In this document: piece after piece, positions 1 to 7,741 of the stretch | Position numbering within the stretch: the first letter of the stretch is position 1 | Layout: every line of letters begins with the position of its first letter | Assembly: GCA_036170655.1 (NCBI GenBank) | Contig: JAVHPP010000073.1 | Coordinates: forward strand, 1-13,775 | Direction of reading: 5' to 3' | Source of the DNA: Candidatus Zixiibacteriota bacterium | GTDB lineage: Bacteria > Zixibacteria > MSB-5A5 > WJJR01 | Length of the DNA: 13,775 nucleotides | Position numbers and translations under genes: made by a program | Notes under the pieces: generated by a model | Database searches by the model: none | Told to the model about the DNA's origin: nothing | Seen by the model: only the letters and a program-made list of their open reading frames with translations

Positions 1-1170
1 GCCAAGAGGGCATTTTTCAAAGGAGACACGCTGTTCACAAGGACCCCGTTGAATGGTCCGATCATGTTTTACATCGCGATGGCTGCCGTCGCAACGTTGA
101 TCGGCGTGTTGGAGGGACGCGTGAAGGGAATGACCGGCTTCTTTTTCCTTCTCAAGTACTACGAGTACGTCTTGATCTATTTCATGGTGGTGAGTTCGGT
201 GGAGACGGAGAAGCAAGCGAAGAATCTTCTGATCGCCAGCCTGGTGACCTGTTTTTTTGTTTCACTGTTTGCGATCTCGCAGATTCCAGGCGGAGAAAGA
301 GCATCGGCGCCTTTCGAAGGAGAAAACGGAGAGCCCAACACGTTGGGCGGGTATCTCGTCTTCATGCTGTCGATCGTCACCGGGCTTATTTTGACTCCCG
401 GGTCACTGCGGCGGCAGTGGACCCTGTATGTGCTCCTCGTGCTGGGGGCCATTGGGTTGTTCGCAACGCTTTCTCGGTCTTCGTTTTTGGCGGCAGGAGT
501 GGTGGTGCTGGTTCTTTCCGTGCGCCTGCTGCGCCGGAAGCCGATTATTGCTCCGATTATCCTGATCGCTCTACTGACCATTCCGTGGTGGGCACCCGAA
601 GCTGTTAGCGATAGGATCCTCTTTACGTTTTCCCAACCCGTGACAGAGGGGCAGATCCGTATTGGCGCCGTCCGAGTAGATACCTCAACTTCGGATCGGC
701 TCCGCTCGTGGCAGCAGGGAGCGCAATATTGGCAGTCCTATCCAATTTTTGGGATAGGGGTGACGGGTGGGCCATTTATGGATGCGATGTATCCCCGCGT
801 TCTGACCGAGACGGGGACGGTGGGTCTTGTAGCGTTTTTCATTCTCATCGGAGCCTTGTTCCGCATGGGATGGTCGGCGTACCGGCAGGCAAAAGATCCC
901 TTTCCACGGGGTCTCGCAATGGGGTTTCTGTTGGGGCTTGCGGGCCTGCTTGTCCACGCCGTGGGGGCCAACAGTTTTATCATCGTCCGGATCATGGAAC
1001 CATTTTGGCTGGTGGCGGCCTTAGTGGCGAGGGGCTTGACTCTCAGTCAGGCCGCTCAACCGGCAGGCGGAGCCGCTCAGCCCGATCTCGCCGTTGATGT
1101 GCGCAGGGCAAGGATGCCAGGCGCTTCCGCCGTGCGCAGTTTCGGCGCTGGAAGGATTGCGAAACTGTGA
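1..1170 (+). CDS. O-antigen ligase/polymerase (WaaL/Wzy_C)-family multi-pass membrane protein, 5'-partial
   Basis: The frame is open from base 1 (AKRAFFKGDTLFTRTPLNGP...), so the true start is upstream of the window. It has many hydrophobic helices and the motifs 'R-ASAPF...EPNTLGGYL', 'ATLSRSSFLA' and 'STSDRLRSW...PIFGIGVTG...D-AMYPRVLTETGTVGL', typical of the Wzy_C/WaaL periplasmic loop. Stop TGA 1168-1170. Confidence 0.85.
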   Translation, partial: AKRAFFKGDTLFTRTPLNGPIMFYIAMAAVATLIGVLEGRVKGMTGFFFLLKYYEYVLIYFMVVSSVETEKQAKNLLIASLVTCFFVSLFAISQIPGGERASAPFEGENGEPNTLGGYLVFMLSIVTGLILTPGSLRRQWTLYVLLVLGAIGLFATLSRSSFLAAGVVVLVLSVRLLRRKPIIAPIILIALLTIPWWAPEAVSDRILFTFSQPVTEGQIRIGAVRVDTSTSDRLRSWQQGAQYWQSYPIFGIGVTGGPFMDAMYPRVLTETGTVGLVAFFILIGALFRMGWSAYRQAKDPFPRGLAMGFLLGLAGLLVHAVGANSFIIVRIMEPFWLVAALVARGLTLSQAAQPAGGAAQPDLAVDVRRARMPGASAVRSFGAGRIAKL

Positions 1171-1210
1171 GCAAGCAGTCCGCGTATTGAATGCGGCTCG
1201 ACGCTTGCTT
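1169..1210 (+). terminator. Imperfect stem-loop directly after the ligase/polymerase stop (possible weak terminator or mRNA stability element)
   Basis: GAGCAAGC (1169-1176) pairs with GCTTGCTT (1203-1210, one G-U). The inner stem CCGCGT (1180-1185) pairs with ATGCGG (1191-1196) around loop ATTGA. No canonical U-tract follows. Confidence 0.35.
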
Positions 1211-1325
1211 GTAAGGCTGGTTGACTGCTGACCAGCTCGACAATGCGGCCTTTACGTCATCCTGATAATTCTAAACAGGGCGGACATCGCATGGATGTGT
1301 TTTCACTATTGCCAGGTCATCTCCT

Positions 1326-1514
1326 ATGGAGTTTTACCGCAATGGGACGGCGCATGCCGAGGGCGTTCAGGTGATGCATCAGGCTATTATGTCGGCGTTG
1401 AAAAGTTCGTCGCGCTTGGCACCATCTGTCTTGTCCGAAGCTTACGCCCGTTCCGTTCCAGAGAGATGTGTTGTGGGACGGGTACTCCAGGAAGCCAATG
1501 TTCCCTATGTCTAG
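1326..1514 (+). CDS. Doubtful small hypothetical protein (62 aa, or about 46 aa from GTG/ATG 1371-1376)
   Basis: It is a co-oriented ORF within the only large spacer. There is no recognisable motif and no Shine-Dalgarno before ATG 1326. GAGG at about 1360 precedes the internal GTG-ATG. Confidence 0.2.
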   Translation: MEFYRNGTAHAEGVQVMHQAIMSALKSSSRLAPSVLSEAYARSVPERCVVGRVLQEANVPYV

Positions 1515-1581
1515 CCCCGAAGATGCTTCACATTAGGACGATCGAGTGGTGTCCTGCGCATGGTCAGAATATGGGTAGGGC

Positions 1582-3015
1582 ATGAGCGGGATTTCCCTTG
1601 GGCGGGTCACGACCCTGCTTTTGATGAGCCGCGCGACCAGCTCTATTTTGGCCTTGGGTAATTCAATCATTTTGGCCCGGGTCCTTGGAGTGGATCGGCT
1701 TGGAGAATACGCCTATGCAATGGGGGTTGCGGCGCTCTTTGGGCTCCTGCCGAATATGGGTATCAGCACCATCGTGACCCGTGCCATTGCTCAAGATCCT
1801 GTCAAGGGGAGAGGTGTCTTCCGGTCTGCCCTCCATGCGCAGGTTTTGCTTGCGGGCGGGGTGATGATTGTCATCCCGGCCTTTGCCGCGCTTCTCCCGG
1901 AGCAACCGGTTTCTCTTCTTTATATTGGACTTGCGGCTACCCAGTTGGCCATCGGGACCCTGTCCTGGCCATACCTTGCCGTGTTGGGTGGCCTCGCACG
2001 TTACGACCTTCTTGCAATAGCGGAGCTGGCCGCTGTTCTTTTCGGGACCGTTTCCTTTCTTGCTGCCGCGGTTCTTCATGGTGGTGTGATGACATTTCTT
2101 TCAGCGCAGGTGTTTGCCTCGGGACTTGCTGTGCTGGTTGCAAGGCATTGTGCCACCCAATTTCTTCCCGTCGGTGGAAACCAGATGATGTCCATGCGCA
2201 CCCTCTTTCGACAGGGCGTTCCTTTCGGCGCCGGAGCCGCGGTGCAAAGTCTCTATACCCGGGTGGATATTCTTCTGCTCGGGCAGATGGCCACCGCAGG
2301 TGCGGTGGGGATTTACAGCGCAGCGTACAAACCGGTCAATATGGCTGTGTTCTTAGGGAGCACTGCTTCCGGTTCCATCTTCCCGCTTATGACTCAGACG
2401 CCTCCCGGGAGTACGCCCGCTGCCTTTCGCCGGGTCATGAGGGGCATGGGCGTGGCAGCACCGGCCATGGCGCTGGTTTTCAGCGGTCTCGCCGGTTTGT
2501 TGCTCCCAGCACTGTACGGGGCGGAGTACTCCTCCGCTGCGCCGATTCTGATCGTGCTGGCATGCTCGGCTGCTGTGAACTGGATCTATGCTCCGCTTGG
2601 TGTAGCATTGCAAGCTCGCGGGTGGGAGCATTGGTGGCTGGCAGGTATGAGCGGAGGACTGGTGGTCAACTTTTTGTTGAACCTGTGGTGTATCCCCCGC
2701 TGGGGTGCCATGGGTGCTGCTGCTGCGACACTCATTTCCGAAGGGGCACTGCTTGCCTTCGCAACAGTGTTGATCCTTCGTGAACTGTCCATCCTGCCGT
2801 CCTTCCGGCCGATCCTCGGCGGACTTGTCGCATTTATCATCGGCGGCGGGGTTCTGTGGTGGCTGCTGCGGGAAATCGGGCCGATTCCGGCCACGCTTGG
2901 GGCGCTGGTCGTCTACTGTGGCATTCTGGTCCTCTTTCGCATCATCACCTTTGAGATGATTGCAACCGCGCTGGGCTGGGTCAGGCAGGCAGCTTTGGAG
3001 TGGTCTCGGGGTTGA
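1582..3015 (+). CDS. wzx: Wzx-type oligosaccharide repeat-unit flippase (MOP/MATE-like superfamily)
   Basis: 477 aa, hydrophobic throughout. Motifs 'ILARVLGVDRLGEYAY', 'GISTIVTRAIA', 'YTRVDILLLG...AVGIYSAAYK', 'LYGAEYSSAAPIL' and 'NFLLNLWCIPRWGAMGAAAATLISE' are characteristic of Wzx flippases. Confidence 0.92.
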   Translation: MSGISLGRVTTLLLMSRATSSILALGNSIILARVLGVDRLGEYAYAMGVAALFGLLPNMGISTIVTRAIAQDPVKGRGVFRSALHAQVLLAGGVMIVIPAFAALLPEQPVSLLYIGLAATQLAIGTLSWPYLAVLGGLARYDLLAIAELAAVLFGTVSFLAAAVLHGGVMTFLSAQVFASGLAVLVARHCATQFLPVGGNQMMSMRTLFRQGVPFGAGAAVQSLYTRVDILLLGQMATAGAVGIYSAAYKPVNMAVFLGSTASGSIFPLMTQTPPGSTPAAFRRVMRGMGVAAPAMALVFSGLAGLLLPALYGAEYSSAAPILIVLACSAAVNWIYAPLGVALQARGWEHWWLAGMSGGLVVNFLLNLWCIPRWGAMGAAAATLISEGALLAFATVLILRELSILPSFRPILGGLVAFIIGGGVLWWLLREIGPIPATLGALVVYCGILVLFRIITFEMIATALGWVRQAALEWSRG

Positions 3016-4202
3016 GCGCGAAAAGTGAGTGGCATGCATCGATTGCCAGGGACCGGACGTGGCGAGATCACGTGGTGATCGGAATAGATGCAGGCCCTCT
3101 TCTTGGCCAAGGGGGGATCAGCGGGTATGTCGGCCCACTGATGCGGGAGCTTCTGGCAATGCCCCAGGACGCCCAATACCGCTTGGTACTGCGGCGTGGA
3201 TGGATGGCTCACCCGGCGGCGGGCACGCTGGATGCACTCGGACCCGTCACGCGCATCCGCGTCCCAGATCGCGTCCTGTTCTTTTGGTGGGATTGTCTTG
3301 GCCGGCCCTTTCCCGTGTATCGTCGTCTCTGGAAAAGCCTTGACCTGTTTCTGGCGACATGCTTGGTGGCACCTGTGCTTCCACGCGGACGGGTCGTGTC
3401 GATTGTATATGACCTCATTCCGCTACGGTTGCCGGAATTGTTTCCAGACCATGAGGAGTTCAGGAAGAAGTTGGAGCAGTTGCTCCTGCGGTCTTACGCG
3501 ATCGTGGCGATTTCCCGACGCACCCGGGACGATCTGGTTGAGTTGATGGGTGTTGATCCTGAGCGAGTGCACGTCATTTATCCCGGACGGGATGAAGCCT
3601 TCCATCCGATCCCTCCATCTCAGGCTGCCGACGTGGCCAGACGGTATGGTCTTTCCGGTCCGTATATCCTCTATGTCGGGGCGCTTGGTTCACACAAAAA
3701 TGTCACCGGCTTACTCCGGGCGTACCAACTAGCACGCGAGGAAGGAAAAATTTCCGCCAAGTTGCTGATTGTCGGCAGTCGGCATTGGGGGGACGAGGCA
3801 TTGACGCTTTTGCGTACGCTCCGTGTCCGGGATGATATCGTGGCGCCGGGCTTTGTTTCTGAAGCGGACCTGCCGCCTCTTTATGCGGGGGCAGAACTTT
3901 TCGCGTTTCCATCCCGCTACGAGGGTTTTGGTCTGCCGGTACTGGAGGCCATGGCGTGCGGGACGCCGGTGATCGTGTCCAGGGCAGGGGCGTTGCCGGA
4001 AGTGGCCGGCGAGGCCGGCCTCTATGTAGATCCGGAGGACTGTGCGGCCCTTGCCGATCTTATACGCCGAGTTCTGGCAGATCCTGCCTTAAAGGCGAAA
4101 TTGTCGGTGGCCGGTCTGAAACAGGCCGAGAACTTTTGCTGGACTCGAAGCGCAGTGAGGTTGCGCGCTCTTCTTCAGGAGGCTGCCGGGCATAAGATCT
4201 GA
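3012..4202 (+). CDS. Glycosyltransferase family 4 (GT-B fold; MtfB/WbdB-like subgroup)
   Basis: Motifs 'IGIDA...GGISGY', 'VYDLIPL', 'ILYVGALGSHKN' and 'FAFPSRYEGFGLPVLEAMACGTPVI...GALPEVAG' (EX7E). The start is uncertain: TTG 3012 (TTGA overlap with the wzx stop), GTG 3000, or GTG 3072/3075 just before IGIDA. Confidence 0.92.
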   Translation: MSAKSEWHASIARDRTWRDHVVIGIDAGPLLGQGGISGYVGPLMRELLAMPQDAQYRLVLRRGWMAHPAAGTLDALGPVTRIRVPDRVLFFWWDCLGRPFPVYRRLWKSLDLFLATCLVAPVLPRGRVVSIVYDLIPLRLPELFPDHEEFRKKLEQLLLRSYAIVAISRRTRDDLVELMGVDPERVHVIYPGRDEAFHPIPPSQAADVARRYGLSGPYILYVGALGSHKNVTGLLRAYQLAREEGKISAKLLIVGSRHWGDEALTLLRTLRVRDDIVAPGFVSEADLPPLYAGAELFAFPSRYEGFGLPVLEAMACGTPVIVSRAGALPEVAGEAGLYVDPEDCAALADLIRRVLADPALKAKLSVAGLKQAENFCWTRSAVRLRALLQEAAGHKI

Positions 4203-4212
4203 GGAACTGGAC

Positions 4213-5040
4213 ATGCCCCCCACGAAGTTAAGGACACAGTCCTCCACCAGGAGCCAGTACTTGAAACGAATTGAATCGGCTAAAGAGGTCTGGGCCCAAC
4301 AAGGCTGGTCAGGCGTGATCCGTGCTGCGATACAGGGAGCCAAGCGGAGATGGTCGAAATATTACTCCCTGGTAATGGACAGTCTGTGTGACTGGTATTC
4401 GCGCGGGTGGGTACTTCTGACGCAGGCGCCGCTCCGGCATGTCATCGGCGACAGCCATTCGCTCGTCTTTAAACGGCAACCCGGCTTTATCGTTCATCAT
4501 GTGGGGCCTGCAACGGCTCATAATCTCATCAAGGACACAAGCGCGACGCAATCCGGCCGACAATTGCGCGAGATCCTAGGTGGCATCAGGAAGCGCGATG
4601 TGGTCATTTTTTGTTTTGGGGAAATTGATTGCCGAATCCACATCTACTATCAATTCAGAAAGAATGAGGGGCGAATTCCAATTAGCGAGCTGATCAGACA
4701 GACCATATGGAACTACGGTAGCGTTCTCAGTCAAGTGGTGGCGCAGGGCTTTTCTGTGTGTGTCTATGGAATTCCCCCGCCCGGACATGAGGAGAATCGT
4801 TATGGCTATCCGTTCTATGCAACGCTCGATATGCGGAGTACAATTTACAAAGAGTTTAATGAGTGCCTCAAGAAGCTGTGCGCGGATAAGGGAATCAAAT
4901 ACATCGATATCTTTTCGCTTGTGTCTGATGAGCACGGCGGGATCGCGGCGGAGTATGCCGATGGCCAAGTGCATTTGAATTCGCGAGTTGTAGGTTTGGT
5001 AAGAGAGTGGTTCGTGCAGGAATATCAATTGGACATGTAA
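4213..5040 (+). CDS. SGNH/GDSL hydrolase-like protein (putative glycan O-acyl esterase/transferase)
   Basis: SD GAGGA at 4201-4205. Block I-like 'VIGDSHS', block III-like 'FCFGEIDCR', 'YGIPPP', 'FNECLKKLC...IKYIDIF', and block V-like 'DGQVHLN'. Confidence 0.72.
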   Translation: MPPTKLRTQSSTRSQYLKRIESAKEVWAQQGWSGVIRAAIQGAKRRWSKYYSLVMDSLCDWYSRGWVLLTQAPLRHVIGDSHSLVFKRQPGFIVHHVGPATAHNLIKDTSATQSGRQLREILGGIRKRDVVIFCFGEIDCRIHIYYQFRKNEGRIPISELIRQTIWNYGSVLSQVVAQGFSVCVYGIPPPGHEENRYGYPFYATLDMRSTIYKEFNECLKKLCADKGIKYIDIFSLVSDEHGGIAAEYADGQVHLNSRVVGLVREWFVQEYQLDM

Positions 5041-5048
5041 CGTAAACA

Positions 5049-5729
5049 ATGCCTGCAGCAGACAAGCACATGTTCTATGACCGTGATTATTTTGAAGGGA
5101 AGACACGGCAAAGTCCGCCTCATACCAGAGGATGGATCTATCCGCTCGCTGAACGGACGGCGCGGTTTCTTTGCCGCCGATGCAAGCCGGCGCGGATTCT
5201 GGACATCGGGTGCGCGAAGGGATATCTGGTGGAAGCGTTTCAGGCGCAGGGCGTGCATACGGTGTGGGGTGTGGATATCAGCCTGTATGCGGTTTCGGCG
5301 AACGATGGCGACGCGCAACGCAGGCTGATGGTGGCGGACGTTCAGGCGGGCCTTCCGTTGCGTTCCGCGTTTTGTGATCTGGTCACGGCCCTCGATTTGT
5401 TCGAGCATCTGGCAGATCCGAAACCTGTCCTGAAGGAAATCAGACGTGTGTTGATCGATACCGGCAGGGCTTATCTGAAGATCTGTCACCCGCGCCATCC
5501 CAACGCGCACCGCGATCCCTCCCATGTCAATGTCCAGTCCCTGGCCTACTGGAAGCAGGCGTTTCGACAGGAAGGGTTTGTCTGGCGGCGTGTATATGAA
5601 TCAGAATTTGCGGTGGAGCAAGGGATGGTGGCGCGGCTGAAGGCGCTAGTGAGGCGTTGGCGAGAATGGGCGGTGATCGGTACGCCGGCAGACTACAAGT
5701 TCATATTATGGAAACAGAGCTGTAACTGA
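5049..5729 (+). CDS. Class I SAM-dependent methyltransferase
   Basis: Motif I 'ILDIGCAKGY', acidic end of strand 2 'WGVDIS', 'DLVTALDLFEHLADP...LKEIRRVL...G', 'DPSHV', and N-terminal 'YDRDYF'. Confidence 0.92.
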   Translation: MPAADKHMFYDRDYFEGKTRQSPPHTRGWIYPLAERTARFLCRRCKPARILDIGCAKGYLVEAFQAQGVHTVWGVDISLYAVSANDGDAQRRLMVADVQAGLPLRSAFCDLVTALDLFEHLADPKPVLKEIRRVLIDTGRAYLKICHPRHPNAHRDPSHVNVQSLAYWKQAFRQEGFVWRRVYESEFAVEQGMVARLKALVRRWREWAVIGTPADYKFILWKQSCN

Positions 5730-5756
5730 GTTGCGACAATTGAGCCAAGTCAACTG

Positions 5757-6929
5757 ATGCGCATACTTTTTTTGGCCCCCAATCTGCCATCTCTGCAAAC
5801 GGGTGGTGGATCAATACGAATGCTTAACATGATCCAGTTTCTTGGGACGCGTTTTGAAGTGGACCTTGTCGCGCCTGCGTTGGATGGGATGGAGGAAACG
5901 GAGCGCCTGCTCGGCAAGTTCTGCTGTGAGATGGAATTCGTGACGCCCAGCCCAGGGAGACTGCGAAGGCGGGTAGTTCGGGTCGGCCCTTATGAGAAAG
6001 ACCCGGCCTTGGCCGAAGCGATCAGGCGCCGTCTGGCGGCGAGGATCTATGCGGCAGTCCATGTCGAGAAGCCGGCGATGCTCCCGTACCTGCCTGCGGG
6101 TCTTCAGATACCGATCATTCTGGATACGTGGGCGTATGGTCTGTCCGGGGCGCTCCGTGCATTCCGAGAGGAGCCCGGCCTTGTGGCCAGAGCGCGGAAC
6201 CTGCTCCGATTGGTTCGCTTTGGGATGTTTGACACGTTGTGCTGGCCGGACACCGCGTGCATTCTGGTTGTGTCTGAGGTGGACAAGCGCCGGTGCCTCA
6301 ATGCGCGCCACGGCCGTCGGGTGCTGGTCGTGCCGAACGGAGTCGACTGTAGCGTGGTCACGCCCGGGCCGCACCGTATAGAGGGTCCGCCGCGCATCCT
6401 TTTCACCGGTGACATGGGGTTTGCTCCCAATGTGGACGCCGCGCTTCTCCTGGCGACGCGCTTGTTTCCAGAGATCCGCCGCCACCATCCTGACGCGGAA
6501 CTTCACCTGGTCGGCCGGAATCCTGATCCGCGCATCCGCAGCCTGGCCGGGCCCGGCATTACCGTGACGGGAGAAGTGCCGGACATGGTGCCGCATCTCC
6601 ATGCGGCCACCGTGTATGTGGCGCCACATTTTACGGGTGCGGGCACTCGGACAAAACTGTTGGAGGCGATGGCGGCGGGCCTTCCGATCGTCACCACCGG
6701 CATCGGAATCGAGGGGATCGAGGCGGTCCAGGGCCGGGACGTTCTCATCGCCGATGATTCGCCGTCCCTCGTCGCAGCAGTCCGGCGCCTGCTGGATGAC
6801 GCCCCTGAACGTGCCCGTCTTGGGATTGCCGCTCGACGGCTGGTCGAACAGAAGTATGAATGGTCGCGCTGTCTGGCTCCGCTTGAGGCTCTCTATCGGG
6901 ACTTGCAAGCAGCCAGGATTTTATCATGA
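5757..6929 (+). CDS. Glycosyltransferase family 4 (GT-B fold)
   Basis: 'MRILFLAP...GGSIR', 'VVSEVD', 'VVPNGVD', 'ILFTGDMGFAPNVDA' and 'GAGTRTKLLEAMAAGLPIVTT..G.EGI'. This is the GxGxxxK-EA subgroup common in exopolysaccharide loci. Confidence 0.92.
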   Translation: MRILFLAPNLPSLQTGGGSIRMLNMIQFLGTRFEVDLVAPALDGMEETERLLGKFCCEMEFVTPSPGRLRRRVVRVGPYEKDPALAEAIRRRLAARIYAAVHVEKPAMLPYLPAGLQIPIILDTWAYGLSGALRAFREEPGLVARARNLLRLVRFGMFDTLCWPDTACILVVSEVDKRRCLNARHGRRVLVVPNGVDCSVVTPGPHRIEGPPRILFTGDMGFAPNVDAALLLATRLFPEIRRHHPDAELHLVGRNPDPRIRSLAGPGITVTGEVPDMVPHLHAATVYVAPHFTGAGTRTKLLEAMAAGLPIVTTGIGIEGIEAVQGRDVLIADDSPSLVAAVRRLLDDAPERARLGIAARRLVEQKYEWSRCLAPLEALYRDLQAARILS

Positions 6930-6955
6930 CGGCCGCATGATTTAGAGCCAGCACC

Positions 6956-7738
6956 ATGCCGACACTTTCGGCCATCCTTATCACAAAAAATGAAGCACAC
7001 CGCATCCGGCGTTGCCTCGAGAGTGTTCAATGGGCGGATGAAATCGTGGTTGTGGATTCAGAAAGCGCGGACGATACTCTTGCGATCTGCCGCGAGTTCA
7101 CGCGCAAAGTATTCGTCCGCCCATTCGACAATTTCTCAAACCAGAAAAATGCCGCGCTCGATCACGCCACTGGCGAGTGGGTGCTCTCGCTTGACGCGGA
7201 TGAAGTGGTCACTCTCGATCTCGCTTCTGAGATTCGCGATCGAATTGGTGCTAGCGGTGAGGATTTTTCGGCTTATAACATTCCCCGGGAGAACTATATT
7301 TGCGGGCGCCCCATCCGCCACGTCTTCCAGAATGATAGGCAGTTAAAGCTATTCAGAAGAGGCGCCTGCCGATACTATAAATCCGTCCATGAAGATTTGG
7401 ATGTGAAAGGATCGATCGGCGCTTTGTTGCACCCACTTCTTCATTACAACTCGGACAGCCTGCGGGAATTCGTCCACAAGCAAGACCTTTATACCGCGCT
7501 CGAAGCGAAGGCGAAATTCGAGAAAGGCGAGCGCTTCAGCTTCATGAAGCTGATCTTTTCGCCCCCACGCACATTCTTGTTCCGGTATGTGATGATTGGC
7601 GGATACAAGGACGGGTGGATGGGTTTTGTCATTGCCATTCTTATGGCCCATTATGTGTTCCAGATCCATATGAAGATGTTCGCGCGGGGGACGTCCGATG
7701 AATCGCAGCGAAGCGCCGGCGATAACGGTTCACGCTAA
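6956..7738 (+). CDS. Glycosyltransferase family 2, beta-1,4-glucosyltransferase-like (WaaE/KdtX/LgtF type)
   Basis: 'LSAILITKNEA...CLESVQWADEIVVVDSES.D.T', 'QKNAAL...WVLSLDADE' (DXD), 'VHE', 'LLHY', and C-terminal 'FLFRYV..GGYKDGWMGF'. Confidence 0.92.
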   Translation: MPTLSAILITKNEAHRIRRCLESVQWADEIVVVDSESADDTLAICREFTRKVFVRPFDNFSNQKNAALDHATGEWVLSLDADEVVTLDLASEIRDRIGASGEDFSAYNIPRENYICGRPIRHVFQNDRQLKLFRRGACRYYKSVHEDLDVKGSIGALLHPLLHYNSDSLREFVHKQDLYTALEAKAKFEKGERFSFMKLIFSPPRTFLFRYVMIGGYKDGWMGFVIAILMAHYVFQIHMKMFARGTSDESQRSAGDNGSR

Positions 7739-7741
7739 ATC

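Noticed and set aside
49..51. TTG 49 as start of the first gene
   Set aside because: The frame is open to base 1 and reads as plausible protein, so the gene is truncated by the window.
1221..1570. Promoter-like hexamers (TTGACT 1221, GATAAT 1264, TGGCAC about 1417, TCGAGT-17-CAGAAT 1542-1570)
   Set aside because: Spacing is wrong or matches are weak, and the sigma-54-like TGGCAC lacks a GC at -12. None can be supported.
1295..1585. 96-aa Cys-rich ORF ending in an ATGA overlap with wzx
   Set aside because: It has no motif or convincing SD, and its composition looks like off-frame translation. It is retained only as part of the spacer finding.
2353..3039. 228-aa antisense ORF (and the other antisense/alternate-frame ORFs in the track)
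   Set aside because: These are shadows of well-supported + strand genes with no recognisable domains.
5767..5773. T7 run near the 5' end of a GT4 (also T7 at 252-258)
   Set aside because: It is short and explained by Leu/Phe codons, below typical slippage length for A/T tracts.
5811..6908. 365-aa antisense ORF
   Set aside because: It lies entirely opposite a clear GT4 gene and has no motifs, typical of a GC-rich codon-bias shadow.
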